A DNA stretch of 64,000 bases. Origin: a virus. The stretch lies in the IMG/VR virus record IMGVR_UViG_3300023179_000080, positions 10,284-74,283 of that record; one strand, given 5' to 3'. Of this stretch, positions 44,182 to 55,167 are shown piece after piece. The first letter of the stretch is position 1. Each line of letters opens with the position of its first letter. The translations under genes were made by a program, and so were the position numbers. The notes under the pieces are model-generated. The model made no database searches, had not been told where the DNA came from, and saw nothing but the letters and a program-made list of their open reading frames with translations.

Positions 44182-44751
44182 TCAGACAGGGTCTTCGCTT
44201 TGATGATTCACTTGGCGTGCGATGATTTTAACGTCTGGGAAAATGCGCTGGAGTGCTGCGACGGCAGCAACATTCTTAGCAGAATCGTCAAAGAACTCGA
44301 TGAGGCTTAGGTCACCCGCCGCGGCGCGGAGGGCGACGTAATCTGCCTTGCGTTGTGGGTTTGAATCCGCGAGTGCGATTACCTCGATGCGTGGTAGCCC
44401 AATCTCATCCATGAACTGGTGGACGGGATCCTCGACTGCTCGAGCCGTGAGGATCACGACTTCACTGCCCTTCGCCACGATGCTCTTGAGGATCTTTACG
44501 GTCCACTTGATCTCTTGAGGGTCGGCGAGTCGTGAGAAATCGCTGAAGTCGAACTTATCACCCGGTTTCTCTTCGTAGACCGCAAACTCGCCCGGTGTGA
44601 GGGAGAAAGCTTGCCCACTCGAGTCTGTCACATAGATCATCGATCGGGTCTTGACTAGTGTATCATCAAAGTCGAATATCCGAAGTTTACGACCGGGATA
44701 TCCCTCGACTATCACACTCCTGATGTATTCTTTCAGTAACCGACGGTCCAT
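44182..44751 (-). CDS. HAD-superfamily phosphatase with LKEYIR leader
   Basis: FDFDDTL, ILTAR, K, FFDD. Confidence 0.85.
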   Translation of the reverse strand: MDRRLLKEYIRSVIVEGYPGRKLRIFDFDDTLVKTRSMIYVTDSSGQAFSLTPGEFAVYEEKPGDKFDFSDFSRLADPQEIKWTVKILKSIVAKGSEVVILTARAVEDPVHQFMDEIGLPRIEVIALADSNPQRKADYVALRAAAGDLSLIEFFDDSAKNVAAVAALQRIFPDVKIIARQVNHQSEDPV

Positions 44752-44767
44752 GGTCTCTAAGTATGCG

Positions 44768-47104
44768 TTAGCGCTGGACCGCACGGCCGTCAAAGTACGG
44801 TAGAGATGACGTCACTTCGGTGCTGAGGTTTTGTGAATTTGTGCTATACGGATCTACCTTGACAGAGAATATCTTACCGATCCCCCTGCTGTCAGCTGTA
44901 TATGACTGTTTCACGAAATTCACTTCGACCGCTGGGTCTCCGACTACGGGGGTCTTTTTTGGTGAAACGGGCAATTTCTTCAGCATCGCGATGTTTGCCT
45001 TGAGACCCTTTTTCTCGTTGTGGGAAGTTGCATCGCCGTCCAGAGGGTCTGTCTTCACGCTGACGAATTTAGTGTATTGGCGCTGTTCTAACATGTCCCT
45101 GAACTGCCCGAATCTGTCTCGCCTGAATATGGTCTTCGAGTGTATCGGCAGCGCGCTGACCATGCCGTATTTCCATCCGCGGATGACGGGCGAAATGCCG
45201 AACTGGAAGCTTGAGTAGCGTGAGACACTGTTTTCGTCCTCAACACTGGTCACGTATTTGTCGCTTTCCCTGGGGTCGACAGCCGTTCCCCTGAACTTTG
45301 GGTATGCGTTGTATCCTATCCTCCCGGGTGCTGAGAAAGAATCTGGATTTTTGATACAATCCCACGTCAATATTGATACTTGGCTGATCCAGGCTGCAAA
45401 TCCACCTTGCGGCGCACCATAAGTTGGATTCGAAGCGCTGAGCATTAAGCTTAGCGTGTAGTTACCCGGGTAATAAACATTGGAGCTTGTTACGGGAGAT
45501 GAAACAAGTCCCTTTCGCATAACGGGTCTAGCGCCCGAAGGATCCTGACTGGGAAATTCATAGAGGTAGTTAGCCTGTGTCCTATCGACGATCACATCAA
45601 TATCGGACAGTTTGGCATAATTGCTATTGGCGTTTGTTATTCGAACAGTCAGATTTACATCATCGTGCAATTCGTCCTTTGCCACTCCGCGTTCATACGC
45701 AAAAGTCCAAGGCAGACTGCTCTCTATTCTTATTCTTGCAGGATATAAATAGGGTTCTGCTGAATTTCTTAAAACCAAGACCGCAGAACGTGCATCATCG
45801 TAATGATATCCGGCAAAAGCTCCCGGGAATGCTTCAAAAGTTACTATCGATCTCCCTTCTTCGTCGACATTGTATCCCGTGGGTGCTGCCGTCCCGCTCA
45901 CAAAAGTGCCGGGCTGGCTTCCGTTGAGAGATAGGGAGTAATCAACCGTCAGGCCGCTTGATGAGAAAGTAAAAGTTCCCGACAAGGAGGGGTCGGCGCC
46001 ACTGTCATGTGCATCATAGACCGTTACGCCGGGTATGAATGAAGCTGAGTAAGAGCTAGATCCGAGTCCGGGTAGGGGCACGATCTTAGAGTAATCGAGT
46101 CCAACATTGTTGAGGTCCCCGAAACCATACAGGAATTTGGCCATGTCGACGTCGGGCATCGTACCCGTCAACAACATGATCCCTCCGTCACCTGCTTTTG
46201 TCGACAGATCGATATCACTTGGTATAAGGTACGAATACCCAGTGCCAGGTTGATACGCTGATCCCGTTGCTATCCACCCTGATGAAAGGTTCTTTAGGAG
46301 ATTTTTCCCGCTCTTGTTAGAGTCTGCGGGTGTTAATCTACCGGGTAGTAGAGGATACAAGTTTGCTCTTGTTCCATTTTTTTTGCTAGTTAGAGTTTTA
46401 AATGGATAATCTCCGGATACTCGCACAGTTCCGTTCGTTGTATACTTTGAGTTAGACGTGTATCCAAGAGCATCATCAAGATTAAGAAATCTTACTGTGG
46501 GTTGATACTTGCTGTCATAGGGATATGACCAAGTCCAAGTATTGTCAACGAGTGGATCTTCCCCCGACTGCCTTGGGGTCTGTGCACCATTGAATATGAC
46601 GTATTTTGTCTTGTCGGGAGACACTGTACTTCCTGACGGACTCAAGAAGTACTTCTCATTGCTGTCGTCGTCTAGTCTCCAGAAACTTGCCTTGTCAGCA
46701 AGAAGTATGTTGTCGAAAGACGGCGGGCAGCTGTCATAATAACGCTCGTCATCATCATAGCACTGTGATATCCTGAAGCTCATTGAGACTCTATCGCGCC
46801 ACGGTGTTAAACGGAATGACAATGATGGATTGTTGATGACGTCTTCAGATCCGTATGTCGAATCAAGTGCGGGTTGATTATTAGAGAAAATTATGCTGAA
46901 AGCTTTTCCACGCGAGCCAGTGATGAAGTAAGGGATTAGTCCGGGTGCCTCGATCCTGCTGAGCATCGTTCCAGTAACGTAGTCATCTTGCATTGTGCCA
47001 TAGAAGGACGCTGCGTAACTGATGTCAAACTGATCCAACACGGGCTCATTCCCAACTGCGTCCTTTATCGCATCTGTGAAAATAAGATCTCTATAGTGAA
47101 TCAC
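44768..47104 (-). CDS. virion structural (baseplate/tail-associated) protein
   Basis: Structural operon; IRGWKYG...FRRDRFGQFRDMLEQR. Confidence 0.7.
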   Translation of the reverse strand: MIHYRDLIFTDAIKDAVGNEPVLDQFDISYAASFYGTMQDDYVTGTMLSRIEAPGLIPYFITGSRGKAFSIIFSNNQPALDSTYGSEDVINNPSLSFRLTPWRDRVSMSFRISQCYDDDERYYDSCPPSFDNILLADKASFWRLDDDSNEKYFLSPSGSTVSPDKTKYVIFNGAQTPRQSGEDPLVDNTWTWSYPYDSKYQPTVRFLNLDDALGYTSNSKYTTNGTVRVSGDYPFKTLTSKKNGTRANLYPLLPGRLTPADSNKSGKNLLKNLSSGWIATGSAYQPGTGYSYLIPSDIDLSTKAGDGGIMLLTGTMPDVDMAKFLYGFGDLNNVGLDYSKIVPLPGLGSSSYSASFIPGVTVYDAHDSGADPSLSGTFTFSSSGLTVDYSLSLNGSQPGTFVSGTAAPTGYNVDEEGRSIVTFEAFPGAFAGYHYDDARSAVLVLRNSAEPYLYPARIRIESSLPWTFAYERGVAKDELHDDVNLTVRITNANSNYAKLSDIDVIVDRTQANYLYEFPSQDPSGARPVMRKGLVSSPVTSSNVYYPGNYTLSLMLSASNPTYGAPQGGFAAWISQVSILTWDCIKNPDSFSAPGRIGYNAYPKFRGTAVDPRESDKYVTSVEDENSVSRYSSFQFGISPVIRGWKYGMVSALPIHSKTIFRRDRFGQFRDMLEQRQYTKFVSVKTDPLDGDATSHNEKKGLKANIAMLKKLPVSPKKTPVVGDPAVEVNFVKQSYTADSRGIGKIFSVKVDPYSTNSQNLSTEVTSSLPYFDGRAVQR

Positions 47105-48825
47105 GGAATGTACTCCTTGTTGGCTTGAACGTACGAGCCGTAGAACGTGATGTCAATTGACCCCGTGTTGAACTGCACGTCATGACCAGCGTTATTTGGG
47201 CTTTCATTGAAATATGAGTACTTACCCACAGTAGCTATTCCCACCCTTGCATTGGCTGTGCTGGTGATATCGGCATCAAATCCGCCTGATAAAGCGGGTC
47301 GAGTCTTTGCAGCTGCAAGCAACATTTTTTCGCCCGGATATACGAGGTATGGAGAATTCTTTTTGGCGCTGAAAACTGAGTACCCTTTGGTCAAGAATTG
47401 GATGTATCCCAGTGTGGGATTGTATCGTTCGTACCTGCCGGGTGTCGCCAAATTTTCAGCAGCAATAGTCTTACCCCTTGCAATGACATCAGAGATCAAA
47501 GCGGGATCTTGTATTGCATATTTGTAGGGGTTAGGGGCACTTTGATAATCACCCTGTGGTACAACATACTCGCCTCCAAATATTGACCCTCCACTTGGAG
47601 CAAATCCCGTTTGTCCGCGACCGATTGTATCGATTGACACCAGAGTGTACCAGCTAGAATCTAGATACGGGCTAGTGAATATTGATCCTGATCCCGCAGC
47701 GTCAAGCGATGAATTTACATTGGATGCTGTCACCCAAGTCACTCCGTTGATTACTCCGTACTCAAGACTAGCTACTAATCCATTAGAGACACTAGGGGTC
47801 GACTTGAACAGAATGCTTCCCGTATAGCTGTCGTTTTCATCGTGTTTGACGACTGCTGTTACGTTCCCTGACATCGATCCAACTATACCATTTACGCATA
47901 GAAACATATTTCCTCTCTGCGGCACGGAGAACCACTCGTAGGTCGGTTGTAGATCTTTTTCATGGGTTACTAAATCAAAGCTGATCAAATCGCGTATTGA
48001 CCCTGTGCCGTATTTTTTCTGTGAGAAGATCGCAAAAGTGATACCGGGTCCGCCAACGTTGCTAAAAAACGGAGCGTGGACCGAGCTTGATAGTAGTGTC
48101 GCTCCCAAATACGTGAACCCCTCCTTAGAAGAAGTAACAAGACACGCAGTCGTTTTGTCGCAGAACCATCCGGGCCCAAGACACATGGGCACTTGGTATA
48201 CAATCTTTTCAATTAGAAATGGATTTTCGATCGGTATCGTGAATAACTGATCTTCAGTTGCATCATAGTCAGGATTCCTGCTAACTGACTTGGGCAAATC
48301 CTTGAATTGCAAACTTGACTTACTCTCATTGAAGGCACTCTGTATTTGACCGACATAGACGTTTATTTCTCCCGATGATTGTGACCAATAATTGGTTGCA
48401 CTATTGTCCGTCTTTCGGTGTAGATCTAGGCTCCCCGACGCGACGGGATTACCAAATGGATCAAATCCCACCCAATCTTCAAGTATTGCAGATCCTCGAG
48501 TCGACTCTGGCCACGGAAGAGCCACAGTTCCTTCTGCGTCAGTTCGAATTGCGACCTTGTCGAATGGACCGACAATGTCACTTAGTGCTTTTTGTGGAAT
48601 AGACCAGGTCCCGTTATTGACATCTAGGTAGTAGATGCTGCTAGAATTCGAAAGCATTCGAGTCACGCTAGTAACAGGTATAGACAGTTTTATCTGCACC
48701 TTGTTTCTAAGCGCACTAGTGAATCCATTAAGTTCACCGACTGTACTGATTGAGCCGGTAGCATAAAACGGGTCGGTACTACCTTGCTCGAATTGCTTAT
48801 CTTCAACGAACGGGTTGATGCTCAT
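47101..48825 (-). CDS. virion structural protein
   Basis: Operon context; PFLIEKI, SPYL..PGEK. Confidence 0.7.
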   Translation of the reverse strand: MSINPFVEDKQFEQGSTDPFYATGSISTVGELNGFTSALRNKVQIKLSIPVTSVTRMLSNSSSIYYLDVNNGTWSIPQKALSDIVGPFDKVAIRTDAEGTVALPWPESTRGSAILEDWVGFDPFGNPVASGSLDLHRKTDNSATNYWSQSSGEINVYVGQIQSAFNESKSSLQFKDLPKSVSRNPDYDATEDQLFTIPIENPFLIEKIVYQVPMCLGPGWFCDKTTACLVTSSKEGFTYLGATLLSSSVHAPFFSNVGGPGITFAIFSQKKYGTGSIRDLISFDLVTHEKDLQPTYEWFSVPQRGNMFLCVNGIVGSMSGNVTAVVKHDENDSYTGSILFKSTPSVSNGLVASLEYGVINGVTWVTASNVNSSLDAAGSGSIFTSPYLDSSWYTLVSIDTIGRGQTGFAPSGGSIFGGEYVVPQGDYQSAPNPYKYAIQDPALISDVIARGKTIAAENLATPGRYERYNPTLGYIQFLTKGYSVFSAKKNSPYLVYPGEKMLLAAAKTRPALSGGFDADITSTANARVGIATVGKYSYFNESPNNAGHDVQFNTGSIDITFYGSYVQANKEYIP

Positions 48826-50132
48826 AGGTTTGCCGTAATCTTACAATCTCTCTCGACATATTCATAGAGGCTGGGACTAATTGGTCTAACTACCTCAATT
48901 TCGCCTGCTATATAAGCTGCAGATCCCGTGATGTGTGTTACGGGTATCAAAGACGGATACTGGACAAGCTGAGGAACGTGCGGCTTTGACTCAAGATCGT
49001 CGAATTCAGTGAAAGTTGTTGAGCTAAATGCTGCTGCATCGCGGGCATTTAGGGTCTTTCGCGTAAAGAGTCTCTTACTTGATCGAATATTGCCAAAGGC
49101 AATTGAATCAGTGCCCAGTGTTGAATCATCATACGTGTATCCGCTTGTTGCCGCTTTTTGTCGATCCGTCACATACGTGTCTGATTTTTCATTACGCATG
49201 GCTTCCAAAGCTTTCTGCAATGGATCAATGCTCACACCAATGTAATACACTCGATAGGAGTTACGAACTCTATCTGCGTCTTCGAATGGGTCGAGATGGT
49301 TTTCTTCGAGTGACAAATACCCGATTGAAGACTTGAGAGCAACTGACACACCTCCAGCAGAAAAATTTATCATCTCTACCGCGTCAAGAAAGTGCGTCTT
49401 TTCCTGCTTGCCGGGATGAAAATAGTCTAACGAAAGTACTTGATCGCTGGCAGATCTAAAATTCGAATTTCCGGCGCTAAATTCTCCCTTAAATGATCTG
49501 GGTTCAAATGGGAAGTTGATCGACAGGTTGGTGATAACAGATCTGATCGGGAAAGGTTCAATTATACCATTGGTGATGTAATTCGCTGATTCGTTAGAAT
49601 CATTCGTAACAACGGGATATGTTACCTTTGTCGGGTCTCCGCCTGATCTAATGAACTTGACAGGATCGAACGTGTCAATTTCGAAGTACTTGTCAGGGTC
49701 AGTGAGGCTAGACTCTGTAGCGCCGAAGAACGTGTTATCAAACAAGTGACCAGGTGTTCCAGCAGATATCTTGTAAAATCCTGCTGTCCAGTGCTTTTCC
49801 TCCCTTATCTCTACGCCGTTTCTATAGATGTCGACGCTCGATGAAGCAAAGATATCGATTGAGGGATCTAAAATTGCACGTGAATTGCCACTTGGGTCGA
49901 TCACATTTGTGATCGTGGGATAGCGCTTCGGGTTGCTCGGTGTAGCGGGCCTTGGTGCAGGAGTTCTAGAAAAAAATCCCACTGCAGAAGACCCAGTGGG
50001 TAATAGACTCTTGGCCTCAAAAGTGTCTAAGAACGTGTTCTTTTTCTTTATCGCTATCTGTTCAGGGGTGTTGAAAAAATTGCCTTCGAAGGTGATGGAT
50101 ATGTTTTGTGATATGTCACTTTTGCCTGGCAT
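48822..50132 (-). CDS. virion structural protein
   Basis: NGIIEPF.IR, GTDSIAFG; operon context. Confidence 0.7.
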   Translation of the reverse strand: MPGKSDISQNISITFEGNFFNTPEQIAIKKKNTFLDTFEAKSLLPTGSSAVGFFSRTPAPRPATPSNPKRYPTITNVIDPSGNSRAILDPSIDIFASSSVDIYRNGVEIREEKHWTAGFYKISAGTPGHLFDNTFFGATESSLTDPDKYFEIDTFDPVKFIRSGGDPTKVTYPVVTNDSNESANYITNGIIEPFPIRSVITNLSINFPFEPRSFKGEFSAGNSNFRSASDQVLSLDYFHPGKQEKTHFLDAVEMINFSAGGVSVALKSSIGYLSLEENHLDPFEDADRVRNSYRVYYIGVSIDPLQKALEAMRNEKSDTYVTDRQKAATSGYTYDDSTLGTDSIAFGNIRSSKRLFTRKTLNARDAAAFSSTTFTEFDDLESKPHVPQLVQYPSLIPVTHITGSAAYIAGEIEVVRPISPSLYEYVERDCKITANL

Positions 50133-50133
50133 G

Positions 50134-53100
50134 TCAATATTTCCTGAATGATCCAACTATCTGTTGTAACAATAAGCTATCGTCAATCGTCTGCTTCATG
50201 CCCACATAGTTTCCGTCATGGCGATAAATGTTCTTGTGCCTCTCAAGCATGTGTGACTCTACTACAAAGTTTGCTCCCTTGAACCGTGTCTTGCTTGGAA
50301 TCAGCTGATCGATGAAGGTCGAGATAGTTCCATCGAACCACCGGTAAAACTCCATGAATTTCCTGAAATCCATCTTGTCAGAGAATCGGTTGAAATAAAC
50401 ATCTTGCAATATTTCAAGATCAGGATAGTCGGGTGAGAACATGAGTTCGGGACGCCCTAAAGCGTCATTCATGACATCGTACGAAGCGAACATGTTGACG
50501 ATATCTTTGTCGAGCGAATCAACAAGTGAAAATTCGATTGATAGTCGAAGGTCATCCTGAGGTTCTTCGCTAAGAAACATGAGCTCACTTGAGTATGAGG
50601 GAACTGGGACTGCCCACGGATTCTCATCAAGGTTAGTCTTTTCGCTGAAGCTCCTGACTCTAATCTTGTCGTCCGTCGATACCTCGTCAAATTTAGTGGC
50701 AAGATGGCTATATGAGAATATATCACCCACGACAACCTCGGTGCCCGAGGTGAATCCTGTACCACTGACTGCCATACGAGTCTGCGTGAAATCTAAAAAC
50801 TCAATGTTTCCTAGAGAATCTGCAATTCGTTGGGGTTGCTTGGTCAATGTGTCGAGTCTAAGCTTTTCAAAAGAACCCGAGACATTCTTGACGAAGTTGT
50901 AGTTTTTCTTGGGATCCGCAACTCCCCAAGAACTTGGGTTCCTGACGTGCTCTTTCCACTCCTGAATAGACATATCTTTCGACCAGAACTTGAGATGTGA
51001 CACCCACCCTGCATAGTCTGTCACTCTTGCTATGTCATCTACATTGAGCGTGTCATTCAGGTGCTTGTATGCAATTGACACGGGGATGCTTTGTCCTCCA
51101 CCTATTGCAATATAGCTTCCCGATGCATTGTATGAGGCCCCATAAGACTGAAAGACGTTTGTGGGAGTAGTTCCTGCAATCTCGTCAAAATACTGTTGTG
51201 TCGTGTACTCTTCAATGATGCTTCCGTCGTCGGTCTTTGCAATTCGCAAATAATACGAAGATGAAACTTCGGATCCAAAAGAGTCATTGCGGGCTCTTCC
51301 GAGTGCGACATTCCATGTGTCACCATCAAATATCCCTGATCCGCTTAGAGGCACCGTCAGTGTTAGCAGAGGCGCGGAGGCGTCGATACCTGGTCTTAAA
51401 AAGGCCTGCACTTTTGCTGGGACCTGCGGGTATTTTGTTGCGGGAGTAGCAATCACATTCACAATCAAGGCCGGATCAAATCCCGCGGCGCTGCCTGTGT
51501 TGAATATCCTCAAAAGTGACTGTCTTCCGTGCTGATCAGCAATTGTGCTCAGCTTCTGCTGGGGTATCTTGTAGACGGCTTCTACGTTCCAAGACCCAGA
51601 AGTGAATAGTCCGTCAGAGGGTGACGTAGTCCCTACTCTAACGCTGGGAGCAACGCTGTACACAAACGTGCCGTTGGGATCGGGAAATCCAGGCTCAACC
51701 CTTGAAGATGACAGAGGTGTTGTAATGATTAATGCGTTGGGTTGCATGTCGATAAATGCAAAAGGTTCCCTGCGCGTTTCCCTTATTGTCGTGAGCTGTT
51801 TAGTAGTCGGCCCGCCATATTCTCTGACACGCATGTTTACATCAGGATCAATTCCTATCGTCCTTAGGAAAGATTTGATGCTATGCTGTGTGCCCTTAGA
51901 CTTCAATATATCTTTTAGATTCACCATTGTTCTTCTTAGCAAAAGAGACTGTATCTTCTTCAATGGTGACCCTATGTTATCAAATCCGTCGACGTAAGCT
52001 CCTTCAACGAATTGCTCTGTTGTAGTATGCGTAAAAAACTTAGGCAGATGCAATCCGTAGTCTTTTAGTATGTCTTCAAGAAAATTATCAGGGACTGTGT
52101 CATAGTTCTCGTAAGTCACGGTCCTAAGATTCTTGTAAGAATCGATGTAAACTTTTATTTCATCAAAGAATTTTGCCCAAACATACAAGAATGTCAGAAT
52201 AATCTGTACTGATCCCTTTACACCCTGGCCTGGTATTCCATCACCGCCGTAGGGTGCTCCACCGCTACCTTCAGGGCTTGAAAATCCATCTTGAGCTGCT
52301 CCTTCAAGTAGATAGTGTTGTGGTATTAGTTTGATGATGTTGTTGGGATTTGCTTTATCGTAATTTAAAGCAGACGTAAGCAATTGCAAGTTGAAGCTTT
52401 GTACGTCAGGATGTGATGGGAATAAAACAACTTTGAAGTCTTCAGACTCATTAATCAGAATATTCTGGGGGTCAACTCCAGCATTCAGATGCAGTGCTTC
52501 GTTAAAATTGTTGATGTAGGCATGTAAAGAATTGCCTGAACTATCAAGGATTATTGCACTGGTCGTGGGTGAGGAAGAGAAAGTGCCTGATGGTTCGTTG
52601 AATCGATAGTAAAGCTTCAAGCTTGGCGTTGCGTATAATCCGCGCGTAGAATACAGCACTTGTGTTGCAATATCTCTTACGTCATGGAACAACCTAAGCT
52701 CATCGATTGATCCACTGTAGGTCTGAGCTGGGTTTATGAGTGTGGGGCCGTCATAAAATGAGCTTCCCGATCCGATCAAGAAGTCTGCGTTGTCGATGTC
52801 AAGTTTCTGGAAGTTGATGAAGTTTTTGCTAGTTTGAGTTAGGCTTTCATTCACAAAAAACTGTAAACAATCTTCTCTAAAGTCTTTCTTGTTCAATGAC
52901 ATACACACATGGTTGTACACACCTTTCGTAAGTGTACCCGATACAGAATTTCTGTATGCGCCGCTTGTAACAGTGAACACTCCTACGACTTTGTCATTTG
53001 AAATTGTGGGTTCAAGATAGAATGTTAATCCCATTGAAGGGACAGTCGATTTTTGAAAAACCACTTGAGTGTCATTAGCATATTTTGCTGGTCGTACAAG

Positions 53101-53655
53101 AGCCTCTATAGTGAAAGAAGAACGAGGGTCTTGCGGATTGATTACGACTTCGCCTTGACTATTTTTTGCTATGCTGGGATACAATACACCGGATTTATCT
53201 TTTACACCAATCCACGTCCCGAGATGTGGGTTATAACCATTGCTGGGGTCTTCATTGACTTGTGTGCCGCTGAATTGCAGTGCTCCGCTCCAGCGCGGAA
53301 ATCTATCATAAACGTATCTTTCAAATCCTGTAAGTTTTTCTAAGAAATCTTCGACTTCTTTTTTAGATCCATCGAACGGGTACCCGTTGATTATGTTGTT
53401 GAATGCCTCATTTACTTTTACTTCTGCCGAAGAGAAAAAGCAATGATTTTCAAATTTGCTCCAATCTACATTTAGCTGCTGTGTGCTTTTAAGTGGTGCA
53501 TCGACTGGATCATACTTAAACGAGCTAGTGCTATCGATGTTAGAATTGACCAACTCTGAGTCGTTGCCTTGCCTAGAAGAAAAGACGGGGCGACTATCGA
53601 ATCTGACAGCTTTGTAATAGCTTGGGACGTATATTGATCTTGGTCTTGTTGTCAT
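50134..53655 (-). CDS. baseplate/tail protein with LamG-like domain
   Basis: F.NHCFFSSAE.KVN.AF; SGSIDELRLF..LYYRFNE; KSKGT..SI; VESHMLER. Confidence 0.8.
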   Translation of the reverse strand: MTTRPRSIYVPSYYKAVRFDSRPVFSSRQGNDSELVNSNIDSTSSFKYDPVDAPLKSTQQLNVDWSKFENHCFFSSAEVKVNEAFNNIINGYPFDGSKKEVEDFLEKLTGFERYVYDRFPRWSGALQFSGTQVNEDPSNGYNPHLGTWIGVKDKSGVLYPSIAKNSQGEVVINPQDPRSSFTIEALVRPAKYANDTQVVFQKSTVPSMGLTFYLEPTISNDKVVGVFTVTSGAYRNSVSGTLTKGVYNHVCMSLNKKDFREDCLQFFVNESLTQTSKNFINFQKLDIDNADFLIGSGSSFYDGPTLINPAQTYSGSIDELRLFHDVRDIATQVLYSTRGLYATPSLKLYYRFNEPSGTFSSSPTTSAIILDSSGNSLHAYINNFNEALHLNAGVDPQNILINESEDFKVVLFPSHPDVQSFNLQLLTSALNYDKANPNNIIKLIPQHYLLEGAAQDGFSSPEGSGGAPYGGDGIPGQGVKGSVQIILTFLYVWAKFFDEIKVYIDSYKNLRTVTYENYDTVPDNFLEDILKDYGLHLPKFFTHTTTEQFVEGAYVDGFDNIGSPLKKIQSLLLRRTMVNLKDILKSKGTQHSIKSFLRTIGIDPDVNMRVREYGGPTTKQLTTIRETRREPFAFIDMQPNALIITTPLSSSRVEPGFPDPNGTFVYSVAPSVRVGTTSPSDGLFTSGSWNVEAVYKIPQQKLSTIADQHGRQSLLRIFNTGSAAGFDPALIVNVIATPATKYPQVPAKVQAFLRPGIDASAPLLTLTVPLSGSGIFDGDTWNVALGRARNDSFGSEVSSSYYLRIAKTDDGSIIEEYTTQQYFDEIAGTTPTNVFQSYGASYNASGSYIAIGGGQSIPVSIAYKHLNDTLNVDDIARVTDYAGWVSHLKFWSKDMSIQEWKEHVRNPSSWGVADPKKNYNFVKNVSGSFEKLRLDTLTKQPQRIADSLGNIEFLDFTQTRMAVSGTGFTSGTEVVVGDIFSYSHLATKFDEVSTDDKIRVRSFSEKTNLDENPWAVPVPSYSSELMFLSEEPQDDLRLSIEFSLVDSLDKDIVNMFASYDVMNDALGRPELMFSPDYPDLEILQDVYFNRFSDKMDFRKFMEFYRWFDGTISTFIDQLIPSKTRFKGANFVVESHMLERHKNIYRHDGNYVGMKQTIDDSLLLQQIVGSFRKY

Positions 53656-53661
53656 GTTGAC

Positions 53662-55167
53662 TTAGACTACTCTGAAGTTGGGAGACGATGCGGGATATCT
53701 TGTTTTTATTCCATTCCTATCTATCAATATATCAATCGTGTAAGAATGGCCCGAGGGTAAGCAACTTGTATCAAATTTGAAGAACATCCCCTTGCTATCG
53801 TTAGAGACAAGAGTTGATTTTTTGTCCTCGTCGAATGGTATCAATATTTCGTCCGTCACAGAATTTCTGATCTGATAATAAGCATTTTTAACGACTATAC
53901 CGGGAAGTTCAACAGGCAATCTGACGACTTTTACGTATGGGGTAGTTTGATCAAATATGTTTAACCGCGCAAATGCTAAGTCTCCTTGTGTGTATTGCTC
54001 TGAGACATTATTGACGCTTACGGTGAATCTATCTGTAGACCTTGCAGAAGTGCTGGATGGTAGATTAAACTGAAGCACACTCCCGGTTGCGTACGGGACG
54101 GTCTTATCAAGCGACATCCACACAGGAGTCAGCTTGACACTGCCCGAAATTGACAGTGAGTTAGCAATATACTGATCTGATCTTAAGACGGTTACATCAG
54201 AGTAGTACGTACCTGATACAAAAGCTGTGCTTGGTGCGTCATAGGAATACTGGGATCCCGTAAAATATTGCGTATAGCTTCCCAGTGAAGAAGTTGCAGT
54301 CAACATCAAGAATAAGCAATTAGAGCCCAGTACTGCTGCTTGATTACTTCCTGACGTCAAGTTTTCTAATGAGTCACCGATGTAGTTGTATAGAACTATC
54401 CGTTGTGCGTGGTTGAATGATAGGTTTGGTGTATCGTCTCTTATTGAATCATCAAATCCGAATACTAGCTGTGGATGTTTCCTTTCATCAAAAGCACTTC
54501 TGCTTGCAAATCTTTTGACAAAGTAAGTCTTCTGATCTGCTTCTAACTGAGAAGCAAAAGACAATCTAAACCCGCTGTCGGGCAGTTCTTTTGATAGAGT
54601 TGCAGATACTATAGCAGTCACATCGATCAAGAGATCTTCTGTGCCCGTCTTGAAAGTCTGTGTGACTTCAGTCACAGGTATGTTGGGAGAAGATGTAATG
54701 TAGTCGACCGAGGAAGTAGAGAACCCGCCCGCGCTAGCACCAGGTGCTATCCAATTCACACCAAATGAAGAGGAAATCCAGTTACACGCGTCTTTATCAG
54801 AGTAGTATGAAACGTCTCTTCCCACTCCTTCGTCAAAAGACGCAGATAGTGGGAACAAGCTCAGCACAAAGTTGGCTGGGGTCGGTTGTCCTCCATAGAC
54901 ATCGTGCAATTTTAGCTTGCACCAGAAACTTTGTTTGTTTATATCGATTTGGTTATCTCTTACAAGTTCTCTCAGGGGATCCAGATCAAAGTGCAACAGT
55001 GCTCTTGATTTTTCAGTATTGGGAATCGATCCGCTAAAAGAAGCTCCGTAAAGCTTGAATACGTCTAAAGTGCCAGCATTTCCCGTATTGCTTACGGTCC
55101 TTCGGGTATTCGATACAACTTTATCAGTGATGTATGAATCTTTGTCAGCTTTGATGCTTTTAAACAC
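53662..55167 (-). CDS. virion structural protein (DNRLRE-like N-terminus)
   Basis: ADKDSYIT..SRALLHFDL..FDEGVG..F.TGTEDL.IDVT. Confidence 0.75.
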   Translation of the reverse strand: MFKSIKADKDSYITDKVVSNTRRTVSNTGNAGTLDVFKLYGASFSGSIPNTEKSRALLHFDLDPLRELVRDNQIDINKQSFWCKLKLHDVYGGQPTPANFVLSLFPLSASFDEGVGRDVSYYSDKDACNWISSSFGVNWIAPGASAGGFSTSSVDYITSSPNIPVTEVTQTFKTGTEDLLIDVTAIVSATLSKELPDSGFRLSFASQLEADQKTYFVKRFASRSAFDERKHPQLVFGFDDSIRDDTPNLSFNHAQRIVLYNYIGDSLENLTSGSNQAAVLGSNCLFLMLTATSSLGSYTQYFTGSQYSYDAPSTAFVSGTYYSDVTVLRSDQYIANSLSISGSVKLTPVWMSLDKTVPYATGSVLQFNLPSSTSARSTDRFTVSVNNVSEQYTQGDLAFARLNIFDQTTPYVKVVRLPVELPGIVVKNAYYQIRNSVTDEILIPFDEDKKSTLVSNDSKGMFFKFDTSCLPSGHSYTIDILIDRNGIKTRYPASSPNFRVV

